Part shown: one piece after another, positions 11,261 to 21,412 of the stretch
Layout: each line of letters starts with the position of its first letter
How positions within the stretch are numbered: position 1 is the stretch's first letter
Assembly: GCA_041665445.1 (NCBI GenBank)
Contig: JBAYIV010000003.1
Location: 1 to 58,331 of the forward strand
Length of the DNA stretch: 58,331 nt
From: Minisyncoccota bacterium
Lineage (GTDB): Bacteria; Patescibacteriota; Minisyncoccia; UBA6257; JAGOQP01
Reading direction: 5' to 3'
Translations under genes and position numbers: made by a program
The notes under the pieces: model-generated
What the model was told of the DNA's origin: nothing
Seen by the model: only the letters and a program-made list of their open reading frames with translations
Databases searched by the model: none

Positions 11261-11734
11261 ATGCAAACAAAAATAATTCGAGTTGTTGCACTTATATTTA
11301 TCGGGTGCCTTATCATCGCGGGGATAGGTGCGGCGTGGTTTTCTGTGGTTGGCGTGCGAGCAGATGCGGCATGGTATGCGGTATATCTTGATACCGGCGA
11401 TCTTTATTTTGGGCATCTGTCATGGTTTCCTTCGACAACGCTTTCACATGCGTGGTATGTACAGCATTCATCGCAGGGGGATTTATCGGTAAATGATTTT
11501 TCGAAAGTATCATGGAAGCCCGCGGGGACTATCCAGATTAATCGCCAACACCTCGTATGGACTGCACAAATCGCCTCCGATAGTCCTTTACTCTCTGTTA
11601 TGAGCGATCAAACACATTCGGCAGGTGTGCCATATATAGATGGATTAAAAGAAAATATTGGATTGCCGCTGGCGTCGCCTGGGGAGGGAACGATGGCGCC
11701 CGCCGCTTCCTCAAGCGCTGGCGGTAGTCATTGA
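11261..11734 (+). CDS. Membrane-anchored hypothetical protein in pilus locus
   Basis: N-terminal hydrophobic helix followed by WYAVYLDTGDLYFG. Long ORF between pilin genes. Confidence 0.7.
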   Translation: MQTKIIRVVALIFIGCLIIAGIGAAWFSVVGVRADAAWYAVYLDTGDLYFGHLSWFPSTTLSHAWYVQHSSQGDLSVNDFSKVSWKPAGTIQINRQHLVWTAQIASDSPLLSVMSDQTHSAGVPYIDGLKENIGLPLASPGEGTMAPAASSSAGGSH

Positions 11735-11754
11735 GGTTTTTAGTTTTATATCTG

Positions 11755-12198
11755 ATGCGTATGACGGCCTCCACGAAAATCTTATCATCCCTGAACGCGC
11801 GTGACGGAGCGGTCGCACTGGCGGTTATTTTATTAGTTTCGTTTCTCGTTCTTGAAATAACGATCATGGGTCTTTTGACGGCATATTTTTCGAGTCAACA
11901 AGGGGCCAGCCAGCAGCTTTCGTTACAGGCATATGCGGCCGCACGATCGGGGATTTCGGACGCTTTATTGCGTCTGGTACGCAATCCTTTGTTTACATCC
12001 CCGACACCCTACGCTCTTTCCGTCGATGGCGCCTTGGCAAATGTTACGGTGGTTGATGCAAGCGGTACGCAGATTATTGCCATCACTTCCGTTGGTCAGC
12101 GACTTTTACAGCAAACAAAATTAACCGCAACGGCAACTGTTGATCTCTTGTCCGGATCCGTTTTTCTCCAGTCGATAAGTCAAAGCCCCGCACATTAG
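11755..12198 (+). CDS. PilX-like minor pilin
   Basis: RDG|AVALAVILLVSFLV hydrophobic N-terminus and QAYAAARSGISDALLRL, typical of PilX N-termini. Confidence 0.7.
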   Translation: MRMTASTKILSSLNARDGAVALAVILLVSFLVLEITIMGLLTAYFSSQQGASQQLSLQAYAAARSGISDALLRLVRNPLFTSPTPYALSVDGALANVTVVDASGTQIIAITSVGQRLLQQTKLTATATVDLLSGSVFLQSISQSPAH

Positions 12199-12211
12199 AG
12201 AGTTTTTTATC

Positions 12212-13741
12212 ATGCGCATATCATTAGCATCACTATCAAACCTATTGTCTCTTCTCAAGCCGCGCGTAGCCATCGGCGGACTTGAGATTAGTGAAATGGG
12301 AGTTTCTTTTGTCGGGCTTCATATGGCCGGCAAAGACATTCTCTCGTTGTCGGTGCGTACGCCCGAGCAGATGTTTTCCGAAGGACGTATGAGCAATACG
12401 CAAGCACTTATTGATGCGCTTCGGCGCATCCATGACGGCATTGCGCCAAAATCAGAGAAAAAAATTCCGGTCGTGGTATCAATCCCCGACACTTTTGTGT
12501 ATACGCAGACGCTTTCGTTGCCGCGGTTGCAGGGAGGGGATTTTCTTGATGCGGTAAAGCTTAATTTGCAAACTATCTCGCCGATTGATTTTTCGAGCGC
12601 TTATTATGATTGGGAGACCATTGCGTCGCTTCCGTCCGATGGCATGGAAATCGGCATTCTGGCTTCATTCGTGAAGAAGCAGTTAATTGAAGATATTCTT
12701 GCGGCGCTCGATCAGGCGCACTTGTACCCGGTTGCGATAGAGCAAAAGTCCGTTTCGTTGGTGCGCGCGCTTACCACGCATGCCCCGTCGTTTGAACCAA
12801 CAAAGTCGTACTGTTTTATCCATGTTGCATCCGATGGAATTTCTCTCTCGATCGTGCGCGGCGGCGTCTTTTTCTTTAACCGATCTCTTTCGTGGCCGTC
12901 GATTGTTGATTTATCGCGCGGCGTGCGAGAAATATCCTTTTCTCAGTTTAAGGGAATTGTTACCGATGAAATTCGTCCCGTGCTCAATTTCTACACGAAT
13001 CACTTTCAGGATTCGATTGCGGCTATTTATGTTATCGCGCCCGGACTTACTCAGGAAGTCCAGGAAATTATCGCCCAACAGTTTGCGACTCCTGTTTTTG
13101 CGGCTCAATTACCCGGAGAATATGGGTTGATGCAGGAGTGGGCGGCGCCATTGGGTGCCGCACTTCGAGGATTGATACCTCGGAGCGCCGACAAAAATAT
13201 AACGCTTACCCCTCAAGGGGCTCAGACGCAGTACCTTCATTCTCAGGTGTTTGCCTTTGTTTCTTTGTGGCGCACTATTGTTGTGGTGGTTTCTGTTTTC
13301 GTTATCGCAATTTTTATGGGATCGTATTTGTTCCTCCACGCGCTCTTAGGATCGACCTCCCAAGAAGTTTCTGCGATGCAGGGCGGTTCTGACGCCAGTC
13401 AGTTGACGGCGCTTCAGAATGAGGCAAAGCAGTTTAATAAAAACATCAGCGGTGCCTTGGAAATACGATCGGCGCAAGTCCATTGGATGACGCTGATTGA
13501 TGATATCGAGAGCAGAGCTACTTCGGCCGGCATAACGATCCAGCGCATTCTCATACAATCAAAAAACGATCCCGTGAGCATTGAGGCGCAGGCAAACAGC
13601 GAAGCCGCAGAGATTAATTTTAAGACGCTTCTTTTGGGTTCGCCCTTCGTTCTTTCCGCCGATATTCCATTGGGAAGCGTGACGCAATCGGGGAGTAAGG
13701 TGAATTTCAAAATGACGATTGTCTTGCGTCAGATCCCCTAA
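12212..13741 (+). CDS. PilM-PilN-like fused pilus assembly protein
   Basis: N-terminal actin-like PilM features (IGGLEISE, VVVSIPD, LGAALRG), an internal TM helix, then a periplasmic PilN-like domain. Confidence 0.7.
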   Translation: MRISLASLSNLLSLLKPRVAIGGLEISEMGVSFVGLHMAGKDILSLSVRTPEQMFSEGRMSNTQALIDALRRIHDGIAPKSEKKIPVVVSIPDTFVYTQTLSLPRLQGGDFLDAVKLNLQTISPIDFSSAYYDWETIASLPSDGMEIGILASFVKKQLIEDILAALDQAHLYPVAIEQKSVSLVRALTTHAPSFEPTKSYCFIHVASDGISLSIVRGGVFFFNRSLSWPSIVDLSRGVREISFSQFKGIVTDEIRPVLNFYTNHFQDSIAAIYVIAPGLTQEVQEIIAQQFATPVFAAQLPGEYGLMQEWAAPLGAALRGLIPRSADKNITLTPQGAQTQYLHSQVFAFVSLWRTIVVVVSVFVIAIFMGSYLFLHALLGSTSQEVSAMQGGSDASQLTALQNEAKQFNKNISGALEIRSAQVHWMTLIDDIESRATSAGITIQRILIQSKNDPVSIEAQANSEAAEINFKTLLLGSPFVLSADIPLGSVTQSGSKVNFKMTIVLRQIP

Positions 13742-13810
13742 ATCACCGCGCCCGCGGGTGTCACATTTGAGTGCGGCGTTTTTTTGTATATACTGATACA
13801 TACCGATACC

Positions 13811-16309
13811 ATGAAACGATATTTACCCGTTGCTGTTGAGCGGAAGTGGCAAAAGATATGGGAGAAAGAAAGGCATTTTTTTATCCCTTCGGCTACCAAA
13901 AGCAAAAAGAAGCTCTACGTTTTGGATATGTTCCCGTACCCATCCGGACAGGGATTGCATGTGGGGCACGTTGAGGGCTATACCGCGTCAGATGTCCTGT
14001 CCCGCTATTATCGTATGCGCGGGTACGCTGTTTTACACCCCATGGGATGGGATGCGTTCGGGTTGCCGGCAGAAAATTACGCCATCAAAACAAAAACAAA
14101 TCCTGCGGCAGTCGTAAAAAAGAACGTTGCCAATTTCAAGCGTCAGATTAATAGTATGGGATTTTCCTATGATTGGTCGCGCGAGATTAATACAACTGAT
14201 CCGTCATACTATCGTTGGACGCAATGGATATTTCTTAAATTATTTTCCCGCGGGCTGGCATATCAAAAAGAAATGCCGGTGAATTGGTGTCCTTCGTGTA
14301 AAACGGTGTTGGCCGACGAGGAAGTTGTGGGCGGGAAATGCGATCGATGCGGTGCGGTGATTGAACGCAAGAATCTTACGCAGTGGATGCTCAAAATTAC
14401 CGCTTACGCCGATCGTTTGCTTGGGGACTTGGATGGACTTGCGTGGCCAGAGAAAGTCAAAACAATGCAGCGCAACTGGATAGGACGTTCGGAGGGCGCG
14501 CACATTGTCTTCCCAATCAAAACTGTCTTGGCACACGATCTGCCAGCTGTTGAAATTTTTACTACCCGACCAGATACTCTCTTTGGCGCAACGTATTTAG
14601 TCATTGCTCCCGAGCATGCACTTGCGCAGTGGGCGGCTCATAACGCCGATAATGCCAAAGAGGTTGCGGCATATGTGCGAGCCACACGGCATAAATCTGA
14701 CGAGGATCGCATTGCGCAGGGCAAGGAAAAAATCGGCGTCGCGCTTACGGGCGTACATGCCGTTAATCCGGCAACGCACAAAGAAATTCCTATCTATGTT
14801 GCTGACTATGTCCTTATCCACTACGGTACGGGGGCTATCATGGCGGTTCCGGCGCACGACCAGCGTGATTTTGATTTTGCGGAAAAATATCATTTGCCCA
14901 TAATCCCCGTGGTCAGTCCCGACGGCAAACCGGACTCAATGGTGCTTCCGTACGCGGGAGATGGCGTGTTGATACGATCGGGATCGTTTAGTGGAGAAAA
15001 AAATGTGACCGCGGGTGGCGCGATAGTCGCTGCTGTTGCGGGCAGAATGCACACGCAGTACAAAATGCGGGATTGGATTTTTTCCCGCCAGCGTTATTGG
15101 GGAGAGCCGATACCATTGGTTTTTTGTCCCGCATGCGCGGAAAAACTTCATGCGTTGAAAAAAAAGCCAAAAAATGTTTCCGAAGGGGAGTGGGTCAATC
15201 CTGGGTGGGTTCCTGTTTTGGAAAAGGATCTCCCCTTAACCTTGCCCAAGGTCAAGCAATATGAACCAACCGGCACGCTCCAGTCGCCTCTGGCGTCGGT
15301 TCGTTCGTGGGTGCATGCGTCGTGTCCGCGATGCGGAGGTCCTGCGCGCCGAGAAACCGATACCATGCCGCAGTGGGCTGGATCATGCTGGTATTATCTG
15401 CGGTATATTGATCCGCACAATCAGCGCGCACTCATTGACCCAAAAAAAGAAAAAGCATGGATGCCGGTCTCTATCTACATTGGCGGCGTTGAACATGCGG
15501 TTTTGCATCTGTTGTATGCGCGTTTTTGGCACAAAGTTTTATACGATGAAAAAGTAGTGCGTACCAAGGAGCCGTTTGCTCGATTGATTAACCAAGGTAT
15601 TATTTTGGGTCCCGATGGCGAGAAGATGTCAAAATCGCGTGGCAACATCGTCAATCCTGACCAAGTCGTCGAGCGATATGGTGCCGATGTGTTACGTACG
15701 TATGAAATGTTTATGGGTCCGCTTGAGGATGCGAAACCATGGGACGACAAAGGCATTGTCGGTATTGTTCGGTTTCTTGAGCGGGTATGGATGATCGGTC
15801 AAACAGTAGGGAAAAAATCGGGACGCACGCGTTCTTCGGGCGAGACAATACGTAATCTGCATCGCACGATTAAAAAAGTTACCGATGATATTGAGGCATT
15901 GCGTTTCAATACGGCAATCAGCGCTCTGATGATTTTTTCGCGGGAAATGGATCAGGCAAATGGCCAGCTTTCGGCTGATGTCTTTGGGGCGTTCATAAAA
16001 TTACTTTCTCCGTTTGCACCGTTTATGGCTGAGGAAATATGGCGAGTTGTTTTGGGAAACAAAAAGTCCCTTGGCACGCAGACGTGGCCCGCGTACAATC
16101 AACGGTACATTGTTGAGCGTCAGGCAACTATAGCCGTGCAGATCAACGGAAAAATGCGTGGAACGGTAACGACTGCGGTTGATGCAGATCGTGATGAAGC
16201 GTTGCGGGGCGTGCACGCTGATGTGCGGTTGGCGCAACAACTGCGCGATAGGATCGTGCGTCGCGTTATCTTTGTCCCCGGGCGCGTCATCAATATTATT
16301 TGCGATTAA
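13811..16309 (+). CDS. leuS: Leucine--tRNA ligase
   Basis: MFPYPSG..LHVGH (HIGH), TTRPDTL editing domain, KMSKS. Confidence 0.97.
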   Translation: MKRYLPVAVERKWQKIWEKERHFFIPSATKSKKKLYVLDMFPYPSGQGLHVGHVEGYTASDVLSRYYRMRGYAVLHPMGWDAFGLPAENYAIKTKTNPAAVVKKNVANFKRQINSMGFSYDWSREINTTDPSYYRWTQWIFLKLFSRGLAYQKEMPVNWCPSCKTVLADEEVVGGKCDRCGAVIERKNLTQWMLKITAYADRLLGDLDGLAWPEKVKTMQRNWIGRSEGAHIVFPIKTVLAHDLPAVEIFTTRPDTLFGATYLVIAPEHALAQWAAHNADNAKEVAAYVRATRHKSDEDRIAQGKEKIGVALTGVHAVNPATHKEIPIYVADYVLIHYGTGAIMAVPAHDQRDFDFAEKYHLPIIPVVSPDGKPDSMVLPYAGDGVLIRSGSFSGEKNVTAGGAIVAAVAGRMHTQYKMRDWIFSRQRYWGEPIPLVFCPACAEKLHALKKKPKNVSEGEWVNPGWVPVLEKDLPLTLPKVKQYEPTGTLQSPLASVRSWVHASCPRCGGPARRETDTMPQWAGSCWYYLRYIDPHNQRALIDPKKEKAWMPVSIYIGGVEHAVLHLLYARFWHKVLYDEKVVRTKEPFARLINQGIILGPDGEKMSKSRGNIVNPDQVVERYGADVLRTYEMFMGPLEDAKPWDDKGIVGIVRFLERVWMIGQTVGKKSGRTRSSGETIRNLHRTIKKVTDDIEALRFNTAISALMIFSREMDQANGQLSADVFGAFIKLLSPFAPFMAEEIWRVVLGNKKSLGTQTWPAYNQRYIVERQATIAVQINGKMRGTVTTAVDADRDEALRGVHADVRLAQQLRDRIVRRVIFVPGRVINIICD

Positions 16310-16481
16310 AAACCATGGACGTTGCCAAGCGCATAGCGTTTATCGTTCTCTTTGTTGTATGCGGGTGGTTTGTCATAAAAACCGCTTTGGCGGTGCATGT
16401 ACACTCCAACCACCCTAACGAAAACGCCGCCCCCTATCAGGGATATTTTGCCAATCGGTAGTGGGTTGAACGGCGCGTGTG

Positions 16482-17498
16482 TCAAACAATCGCTAGGTGA
16501 GCGGTGATCGCCAGCTCTCGTAACCCGCGCTTGATCGTTAAAATGACGGCTGTTTCTTTGGTAAAAGAATCAAGAAAATCTTGTAAAGTAAATTCGGTGG
16601 TGAGAGGAGTGCCATCGGCTGCAAGAATTATATCTCCCGCGCGAAGACCGGCCCGATCAGCGGGGCTTCCGGCGATGATTGCTTTCTGATGCGGTGCAGG
16701 GGAAACGATAAGTGCGCCGTTTTTCTGAGCTGTGTGGAAGAGGCGTTGCGTATGCTCATCGAGCATAACATAACGCACACCCAGAAAAGCGCGCGTGATG
16801 ACCCCGTATTTCTTGAGCGTCGCCAGATCTTTTTTAATGATGTTAATGGGGATGGCAAAGCCGATATTTTCCGCGTGGGCAACACTGGCTGAATTAATGC
16901 CGATAGCTTTTCCGTCGAGCGTAATGAGCGGTCCGCCGGAATTGCCCGGATTAATGGCCGCATCCGTTTGAATGAGTCCATGGAGCTCTTCCTGCATTAT
17001 TTCGTTTCGTGCGTTTACGTTTCGCAAGAGTCCCGATATGATTCCCGACGATACCGTATTTTGGAAGAGTCCCAACACATTGCCGATGGCCAAAACCGAC
17101 TGGCCAAGTTTGAGATCTATTGAGTCCCCAAGGGGAAGTGCGGTTATTTTCTTAGGATTTTCTATTTGGAGAAAGGCGATGTCGTGTACGGCATCGGTGG
17201 ATACCAGTGTCGCGTTATATACCGTCTGATCGGCGGTAGTAACGGTATATTCTTGTTGTCGAGAATCAATAACGTGGATATTGGTGACGACGATTCCGTT
17301 TTGGTCGATAATAAAACCAGATCCTCCTTGCGCGCGCGTCGTTGCCGAGGACGATCGAAAAGAGTCGATAAACGATGACGGTGTGCGGTGCGTTGTTTCG
17401 CGGGTATCGATGTTTTGCCGTAACCGAGGGCTGATGGATACGACCGCTGGAAGGGCCTTGGCTATTGCGGTGACGGCTCGTTGTTCTTCGATGAGCAT
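16482..17498 (-). CDS. HtrA/DegP-like trypsin serine protease with PDZ domain
   Basis: TNIHV, HDIAFL, TDAAINPGNSGGP catalytic triad; C-terminal PDZ (GSPADRAGL). Confidence 0.92.
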   Translation of the reverse strand: MLIEEQRAVTAIAKALPAVVSISPRLRQNIDTRETTHRTPSSFIDSFRSSSATTRAQGGSGFIIDQNGIVVTNIHVIDSRQQEYTVTTADQTVYNATLVSTDAVHDIAFLQIENPKKITALPLGDSIDLKLGQSVLAIGNVLGLFQNTVSSGIISGLLRNVNARNEIMQEELHGLIQTDAAINPGNSGGPLITLDGKAIGINSASVAHAENIGFAIPINIIKKDLATLKKYGVITRAFLGVRYVMLDEHTQRLFHTAQKNGALIVSPAPHQKAIIAGSPADRAGLRAGDIILAADGTPLTTEFTLQDFLDSFTKETAVILTIKRGLRELAITAHLAIV

Positions 17499-17582
17499 AG
17501 GTATAGGTCTGAGTATATATGAAGTGGATGCGTTTCTCAAAGATTATTTTTGTGGGAGAAAATCACGTGAAGCGCGGGTGGT

Positions 17583-17981
17583 CTAGAAGAGCGCGAATGG
17601 CCATGGAGTCGGGATAGCGAGCAACATAAGCAATGCCGCGACAAGGGCCATGTTTTTTGAGAAGTTAATCATATTTCCTGCGCGCGTGGCGGCATCCTTA
17701 TCCAGCCAGAAGCTGTGCATCAGTATGGTGACGGGGACAAGGAATAAAATAAGTGCTCCGATGGCCAGTTGAGCATACACCCCAAGGAGGATTCCCAGTC
17801 CTCCTGCCAGGAGCAAGAGGCCGGCTATGACAATCGCGATATGCGGTGACGGAATGTTTTTTGATGCGACAAATCCCTTAAGGTGCGTGCGTTGAAAGAT
17901 TAGGTGGTTGCTTGCATTCATGAGCCAATAGGCCCCAAAAAAAATACGTCCAACTAAAAAAAGCATGTTTGCCAGTTCCAT
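17583..17981 (-). CDS. DoxX family membrane protein
   Basis: LVGRIFFG...HSFW...INFSKNMAL. Confidence 0.85.
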   Translation of the reverse strand: MELANMLFLVGRIFFGAYWLMNASNHLIFQRTHLKGFVASKNIPSPHIAIVIAGLLLLAGGLGILLGVYAQLAIGALILFLVPVTILMHSFWLDKDAATRAGNMINFSKNMALVAALLMLLAIPTPWPFALF

Positions 17982-18061
17982 ATACAATTACCCTTTTAAA
18001 ACAAAGAAGCCTTTCGACGGATACTAGTATAGCACATGAGAAAGGGGTACACTATGTCCAT

Positions 18062-18619
18062 ATGAAACCGTTTACTATCGTCGGTATTTCAGGGAGTCTT
18101 CGGTTGGGATCTTACAACAGCAGTTTATTGCGTGTGGCACAGCACTATGCGTCAGCACAGGGGATGTCAGTTGATATACTAGACATCGGATCACTTCCGC
18201 TTTTTAACCAAGACCATGAGCGTGATGCGCATGAAGCGGTCATGCAGTTAAAACAAAAAATCAAAGGGGCTGACGGCATACTTTTCGTGACGCCGGAGTA
18301 TAACTATTCAATTTCCGGCTCGCTTAAAAATGCGATCGAGTGGGGGACTCGTCCGTACGGCGACAATAGTTTTGATGGCAAGCCGGCGGGAATTATGAGT
18401 GTATCAACGGGGATTCTGGGCGGTGCGCGTGCGCAGTATCATCTGCGGCAGATACTGGTCAGTCCCAATGTACATGTGATGAATCATCCCGAGATTATGG
18501 TGGGGCAGGCAAAAGAAAAATTCAACGAGGTGGGGGAATTGATTGATGTTCAAACGCAAGAGCGGGTAAAGGAATTTTTAGAGGCGTTTGCACAGTGGAT
18601 GGGGAAATTTGCACAATAG
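18062..18619 (+). CDS. NADPH-dependent FMN reductase
   Basis: GISGSLRLGSYN, TPEYNYSISGSLKNAIEW, GGARAQYHLRQ. Confidence 0.92.
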   Translation: MKPFTIVGISGSLRLGSYNSSLLRVAQHYASAQGMSVDILDIGSLPLFNQDHERDAHEAVMQLKQKIKGADGILFVTPEYNYSISGSLKNAIEWGTRPYGDNSFDGKPAGIMSVSTGILGGARAQYHLRQILVSPNVHVMNHPEIMVGQAKEKFNEVGELIDVQTQERVKEFLEAFAQWMGKFAQ

Positions 18620-18638
18620 TAGCGTTATTGTTTGGCGT

Positions 18639-18673
18639 ATATAAAAACACTCCGATGTATCGGAGTGTTTTTA
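18639..18673. terminator. Bidirectional terminator
   Basis: ATAAAAACACTCCGAT-GT-ATCGGAGTGTTTTTAT. Confidence 0.75.
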
Positions 18674-18678
18674 TTCCG

Positions 18679-18749
18679 TGGACCCACGGGGAGTCGGACC
18701 CCGACCTGTTCCATGCCATGGAACCGTTCTACCGCTATACTATGGGCCC
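18679..18749 (-). tRNA. tRNA-Ala(GGC)
   Basis: Cloverleaf with acceptor GGGCCCA/TGGGTCC including the G3:U70 Ala identity pair, anticodon arm GTTCC-ATGGCAT-GGAAC, T loop TCCGACT. Confidence 0.9.
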
Positions 18750-18871
18750 ATCAGTTGCCAAAAAGAGCAAAATCATAATACAATGGATTGAGACCATTCG
18801 CAACTACGCCTCCGTAGTTTCCGCCAAGGGCGGATCCATCCTTCGGGTGGCAACGGATGATAATACGCAAC

Positions 18872-18943
18872 GCCCCCGTAGTTCAACGGATAGAATCGGC
18901 CCGTCCTAAGGGTTTGATGTGGGTTCAATTCCTACCGGGGGCA
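18872..18943 (+). tRNA. tRNA-Arg(CCT)
   Basis: GCCCCCG/CGGGGGC acceptor, anticodon loop GTCCTAA, T arm GTGGG-TTCAATT-CCTAC. Confidence 0.9.
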
Positions 18944-19104
18944 CAGAGCAAGCAAATTGTTTTGCTTGCGTGGGGAATTGAACGCCGCCTGCCTACGGCA
19001 GGCAGGGAGCATGTGTGAGTAACAATGAGCACCGCGAGGCGGCGGTTAGACCAGTGCGAGCGACGGCGAGCAATGAGTCGGAGCCAATTCCTACCGAGGA
19101 CACA
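18944..19104 (+). mobile_element. tRNA-associated miniature structured element, copy 1
   Basis: About 84% identical to 21911-22053. Ends in an 18/20 duplicate of the tRNA-Arg 3' end (CAATTCCTACCGAGGACACA). Mobility is inferred, not shown. Confidence 0.65.
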
Positions 19105-19112
19105 CAAAAAAT

Positions 19113-19445
19113 ATGAGTAGAGAAATACCACATAACGGAACAGAAAATTATCATGTGATGCGCAAAATGACGGCTGATGAAGCGGCTACTCTTTTAGATT
19201 TCTTTCATCTCCCCGACGAGCATCCCGAGTACATTATCATTCCGTATCCCAATAAAACGGTTTACATTCATAAATGGACGCGTATTCCGCATATAAAAAA
19301 TAATTCTCAAGATCCCCATCTCATCAATGTCATCAGTGACACGGATGAGGTTGGATTGGTTGTCGCAAAAGAGCTGGAAAAGGCGCGAGAGGCGTTTGCT
19401 GCGATTAAGGCCAAAGATATTGATAAAATCGAGCCAATCAAGTAG
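19113..19445 (+). CDS. Hypothetical protein
   Basis: 110-aa ORF with ATG, between the element and tRNA-Ser. No recognised family. Confidence 0.6.
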   Translation: MSREIPHNGTENYHVMRKMTADEAATLLDFFHLPDEHPEYIIIPYPNKTVYIHKWTRIPHIKNNSQDPHLINVISDTDEVGLVVAKELEKAREAFAAIKAKDIDKIEPIK

Positions 19446-19458
19446 GGTGGTAAAAACT

Positions 19459-19545
19459 GGAGGGTTCGCATAGTGGTCTAGTGCGCCGCACTCGAAATGC
19501 GGTTGGGGAGAGATCCCCTCACAGGTTCAAATCCTGTACCCTCCG
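19459..19545 (+). tRNA. tRNA-Ser(CGA)
   Basis: Anticodon arm CCGCA-CTCGAAA-TGCGG, long variable arm, discriminator G. Confidence 0.93.
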
Positions 19546-19607
19546 CCCAGTGGTCAAACCATGTATTCTTCATAAAATTATTTGTGAGGTATCGACAGGG
19601 CTTTTAT

Positions 19608-20255
19608 ATGAAAAAATCTTTGCAGGAAAGGTTAATCAAGATAGCGCAAGAAAGGCAGGTTGCAACGGACGTATCTCATGATTTTGGGCATGTGCAGCGC
19701 GTTTTTAATCTTGCGGTGCAGATAGGAAAGAGTGTTAAGGCCGATTTGGACGTAGTCATTCCCGCAGCCCTTTTTCACGACACGGTTGTTTATAGAAAAA
19801 ATGACCCAAGGAGAAAAAATGAGACGGATGAAAGCGCGGAAGTTGCCGGCAATATTTTAACAAAAGTAAGCGGATATCCGAAAAAGAAAATAGAATTAGT
19901 GAAAGTTTGTATTCGTCAATGTTCGTTCACCAAAGGAATAAAGCCGGACGCATTGGAATCAAAAGTTTTGCAAGATGCCGATTTACTTGAGTCGACGGGT
20001 GCCATTTCCATCATGAGGACGTTTTCTTCGTGCGGGCAGATGGGTCGGATTTTCTATAATCCCCAAAGTCCGTTTTTCAAAAAGAATGAGATTGGTGTTC
20101 AATCCGGCGTCGGGTTATTCTATTCTCGCCTTTTGGTGGCGGAGAAAAGAATGCACACAAAATTTGCCAAGCGGATCGCCAAAAGAAGGACTGCCTTTTT
20201 AAAGAAGTTTTTAAATGAGCTGAAGACAGAACTTCGGGAGTCAAAAATAATTTAA
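19608..20255 (+). CDS. HD domain metal-dependent phosphohydrolase
   Basis: SHDFGHVQRV, AALFHD, LQDADLLESTGAI. Confidence 0.9.
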   Translation: MKKSLQERLIKIAQERQVATDVSHDFGHVQRVFNLAVQIGKSVKADLDVVIPAALFHDTVVYRKNDPRRKNETDESAEVAGNILTKVSGYPKKKIELVKVCIRQCSFTKGIKPDALESKVLQDADLLESTGAISIMRTFSSCGQMGRIFYNPQSPFFKKNEIGVQSGVGLFYSRLLVAEKRMHTKFAKRIAKRRTAFLKKFLNELKTELRESKII

Positions 20256-20315
20256 TCCATCACTGTTAGCATTCACGCATAGACAAACAAGGGTAGGGCT
20301 GTATCATCAAATAGT

Positions 20316-20609
20316 ATGTCTCAAGTCTTCCGGCGAACTAAAGAAAATTTTATCTGCGAGCATTGCGGCGCGCAAGTTGCTGGCAACGGCTACACCAACC
20401 ACTGCCCCAAATGTCTGTGGAGCAAGCATGCGGACACCAATCCGGGAGACCGTGCCGCGCAGTGCGGTGGCATGATGGAGCCGATTCGGGTTGAGACAAA
20501 GGGGAGAGAATACCGTATCGTTCACCGATGCACAACGTGTGGCGTGGAACGAATTGTTGATGTGGCTGATGGGGATGCAATAGAGATTTTAATCGCGGGA
20601 AAACAATAA
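20316..20609 (+). CDS. RNHCP domain protein
   Basis: FICEHCG...YTNHCPKCLWSKH...GDRAAQCGGMM...HRCTTCG. Confidence 0.88.
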   Translation: MSQVFRRTKENFICEHCGAQVAGNGYTNHCPKCLWSKHADTNPGDRAAQCGGMMEPIRVETKGREYRIVHRCTTCGVERIVDVADGDAIEILIAGKQ

Positions 20610-20612
20610 GCT

Positions 20613-21404
20613 ATGGGAAAGAAATTGCCGAAAATAGGTTTGGCGTTGGGTGGCGGGGGTGCTAAGGGATTGGCACATATCGGTGTTTTGGAGGTACTGC
20701 AAGAAAACGACATACCGATTCACGCAATTGCTGGCACGAGCATGGGGGCGTTGATTGGCGGGATGTACGCACTGGAAAGCGACGTTGATGTGGTTTATGA
20801 GTATGCGCGTCAAGCGATCGACGGAAAGTTTCTGCCGGTGTTTTTTGATATGCCTCGCGGAGGCGGATTTTCATCCGGAGAAAAAGCACACAGGCTCATT
20901 GACACTTTTGTGGATAACAAGACTTTTCAACAAACGTGTGTTCCTTTTTGTGCTGTGGCAACTGATCTTGCAAAGGGAACGGCAGTTGGTCTGAAAAGTG
21001 GATTGTTGTCATCGGCAATTCGCGCCAGCATTTCATATCCGCCTATTTTTGATCCGATGCGAATTGGCAAACGAGTATTGGTCGATGGAGGATTGAGCAA
21101 TCAGGTCCCGGTGGCATTTGCGCGCGCGATGGGCATGGATCGGGTTATTGCGGTTAACGTAGACGCCGATTATCAATTCGACCCAGAAAAGAGAATGACC
21201 CCCGCGACGCTTTCGCGTGTAACGATTAAGTTGCTTTTGCGATCCATCGCCGCATTCTCATCCGCATCAGCCGATGTGATTATCGCCCCTCGGGTGGGAG
21301 ATATGAGTGTGTGGTTGGATTTTAACAAGATGGATGAAATTATTTTGCGTGGCAGAAAAGCGACCGAAAAAGCACTCCCCGCAATACGAGCGCTGTTAAA
21401 ATAA
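20613..21404 (+). CDS. Patatin-like phospholipase
   Basis: LGGGGAKG, GTSMG and DGG motifs. Confidence 0.92.
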   Translation: MGKKLPKIGLALGGGGAKGLAHIGVLEVLQENDIPIHAIAGTSMGALIGGMYALESDVDVVYEYARQAIDGKFLPVFFDMPRGGGFSSGEKAHRLIDTFVDNKTFQQTCVPFCAVATDLAKGTAVGLKSGLLSSAIRASISYPPIFDPMRIGKRVLVDGGLSNQVPVAFARAMGMDRVIAVNVDADYQFDPEKRMTPATLSRVTIKLLLRSIAAFSSASADVIIAPRVGDMSVWLDFNKMDEIILRGRKATEKALPAIRALLK

Positions 21405-21412
21405 ATATTTTT

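Noticed and set aside
18800-18860. Short palindromes (ACTACG/CGTAGT, TCCGCC/GGCGGA) between tRNA-Ala and tRNA-Arg
   Set aside because: Single short REP-like hairpins with no second copy in the window, so there is insufficient support for a call.
18595-19131. ORFs 18595-18909, 18522-18719 and 18925-19131
   Set aside because: They overlap tRNA-Ala, tRNA-Arg and the tRNA-associated element.
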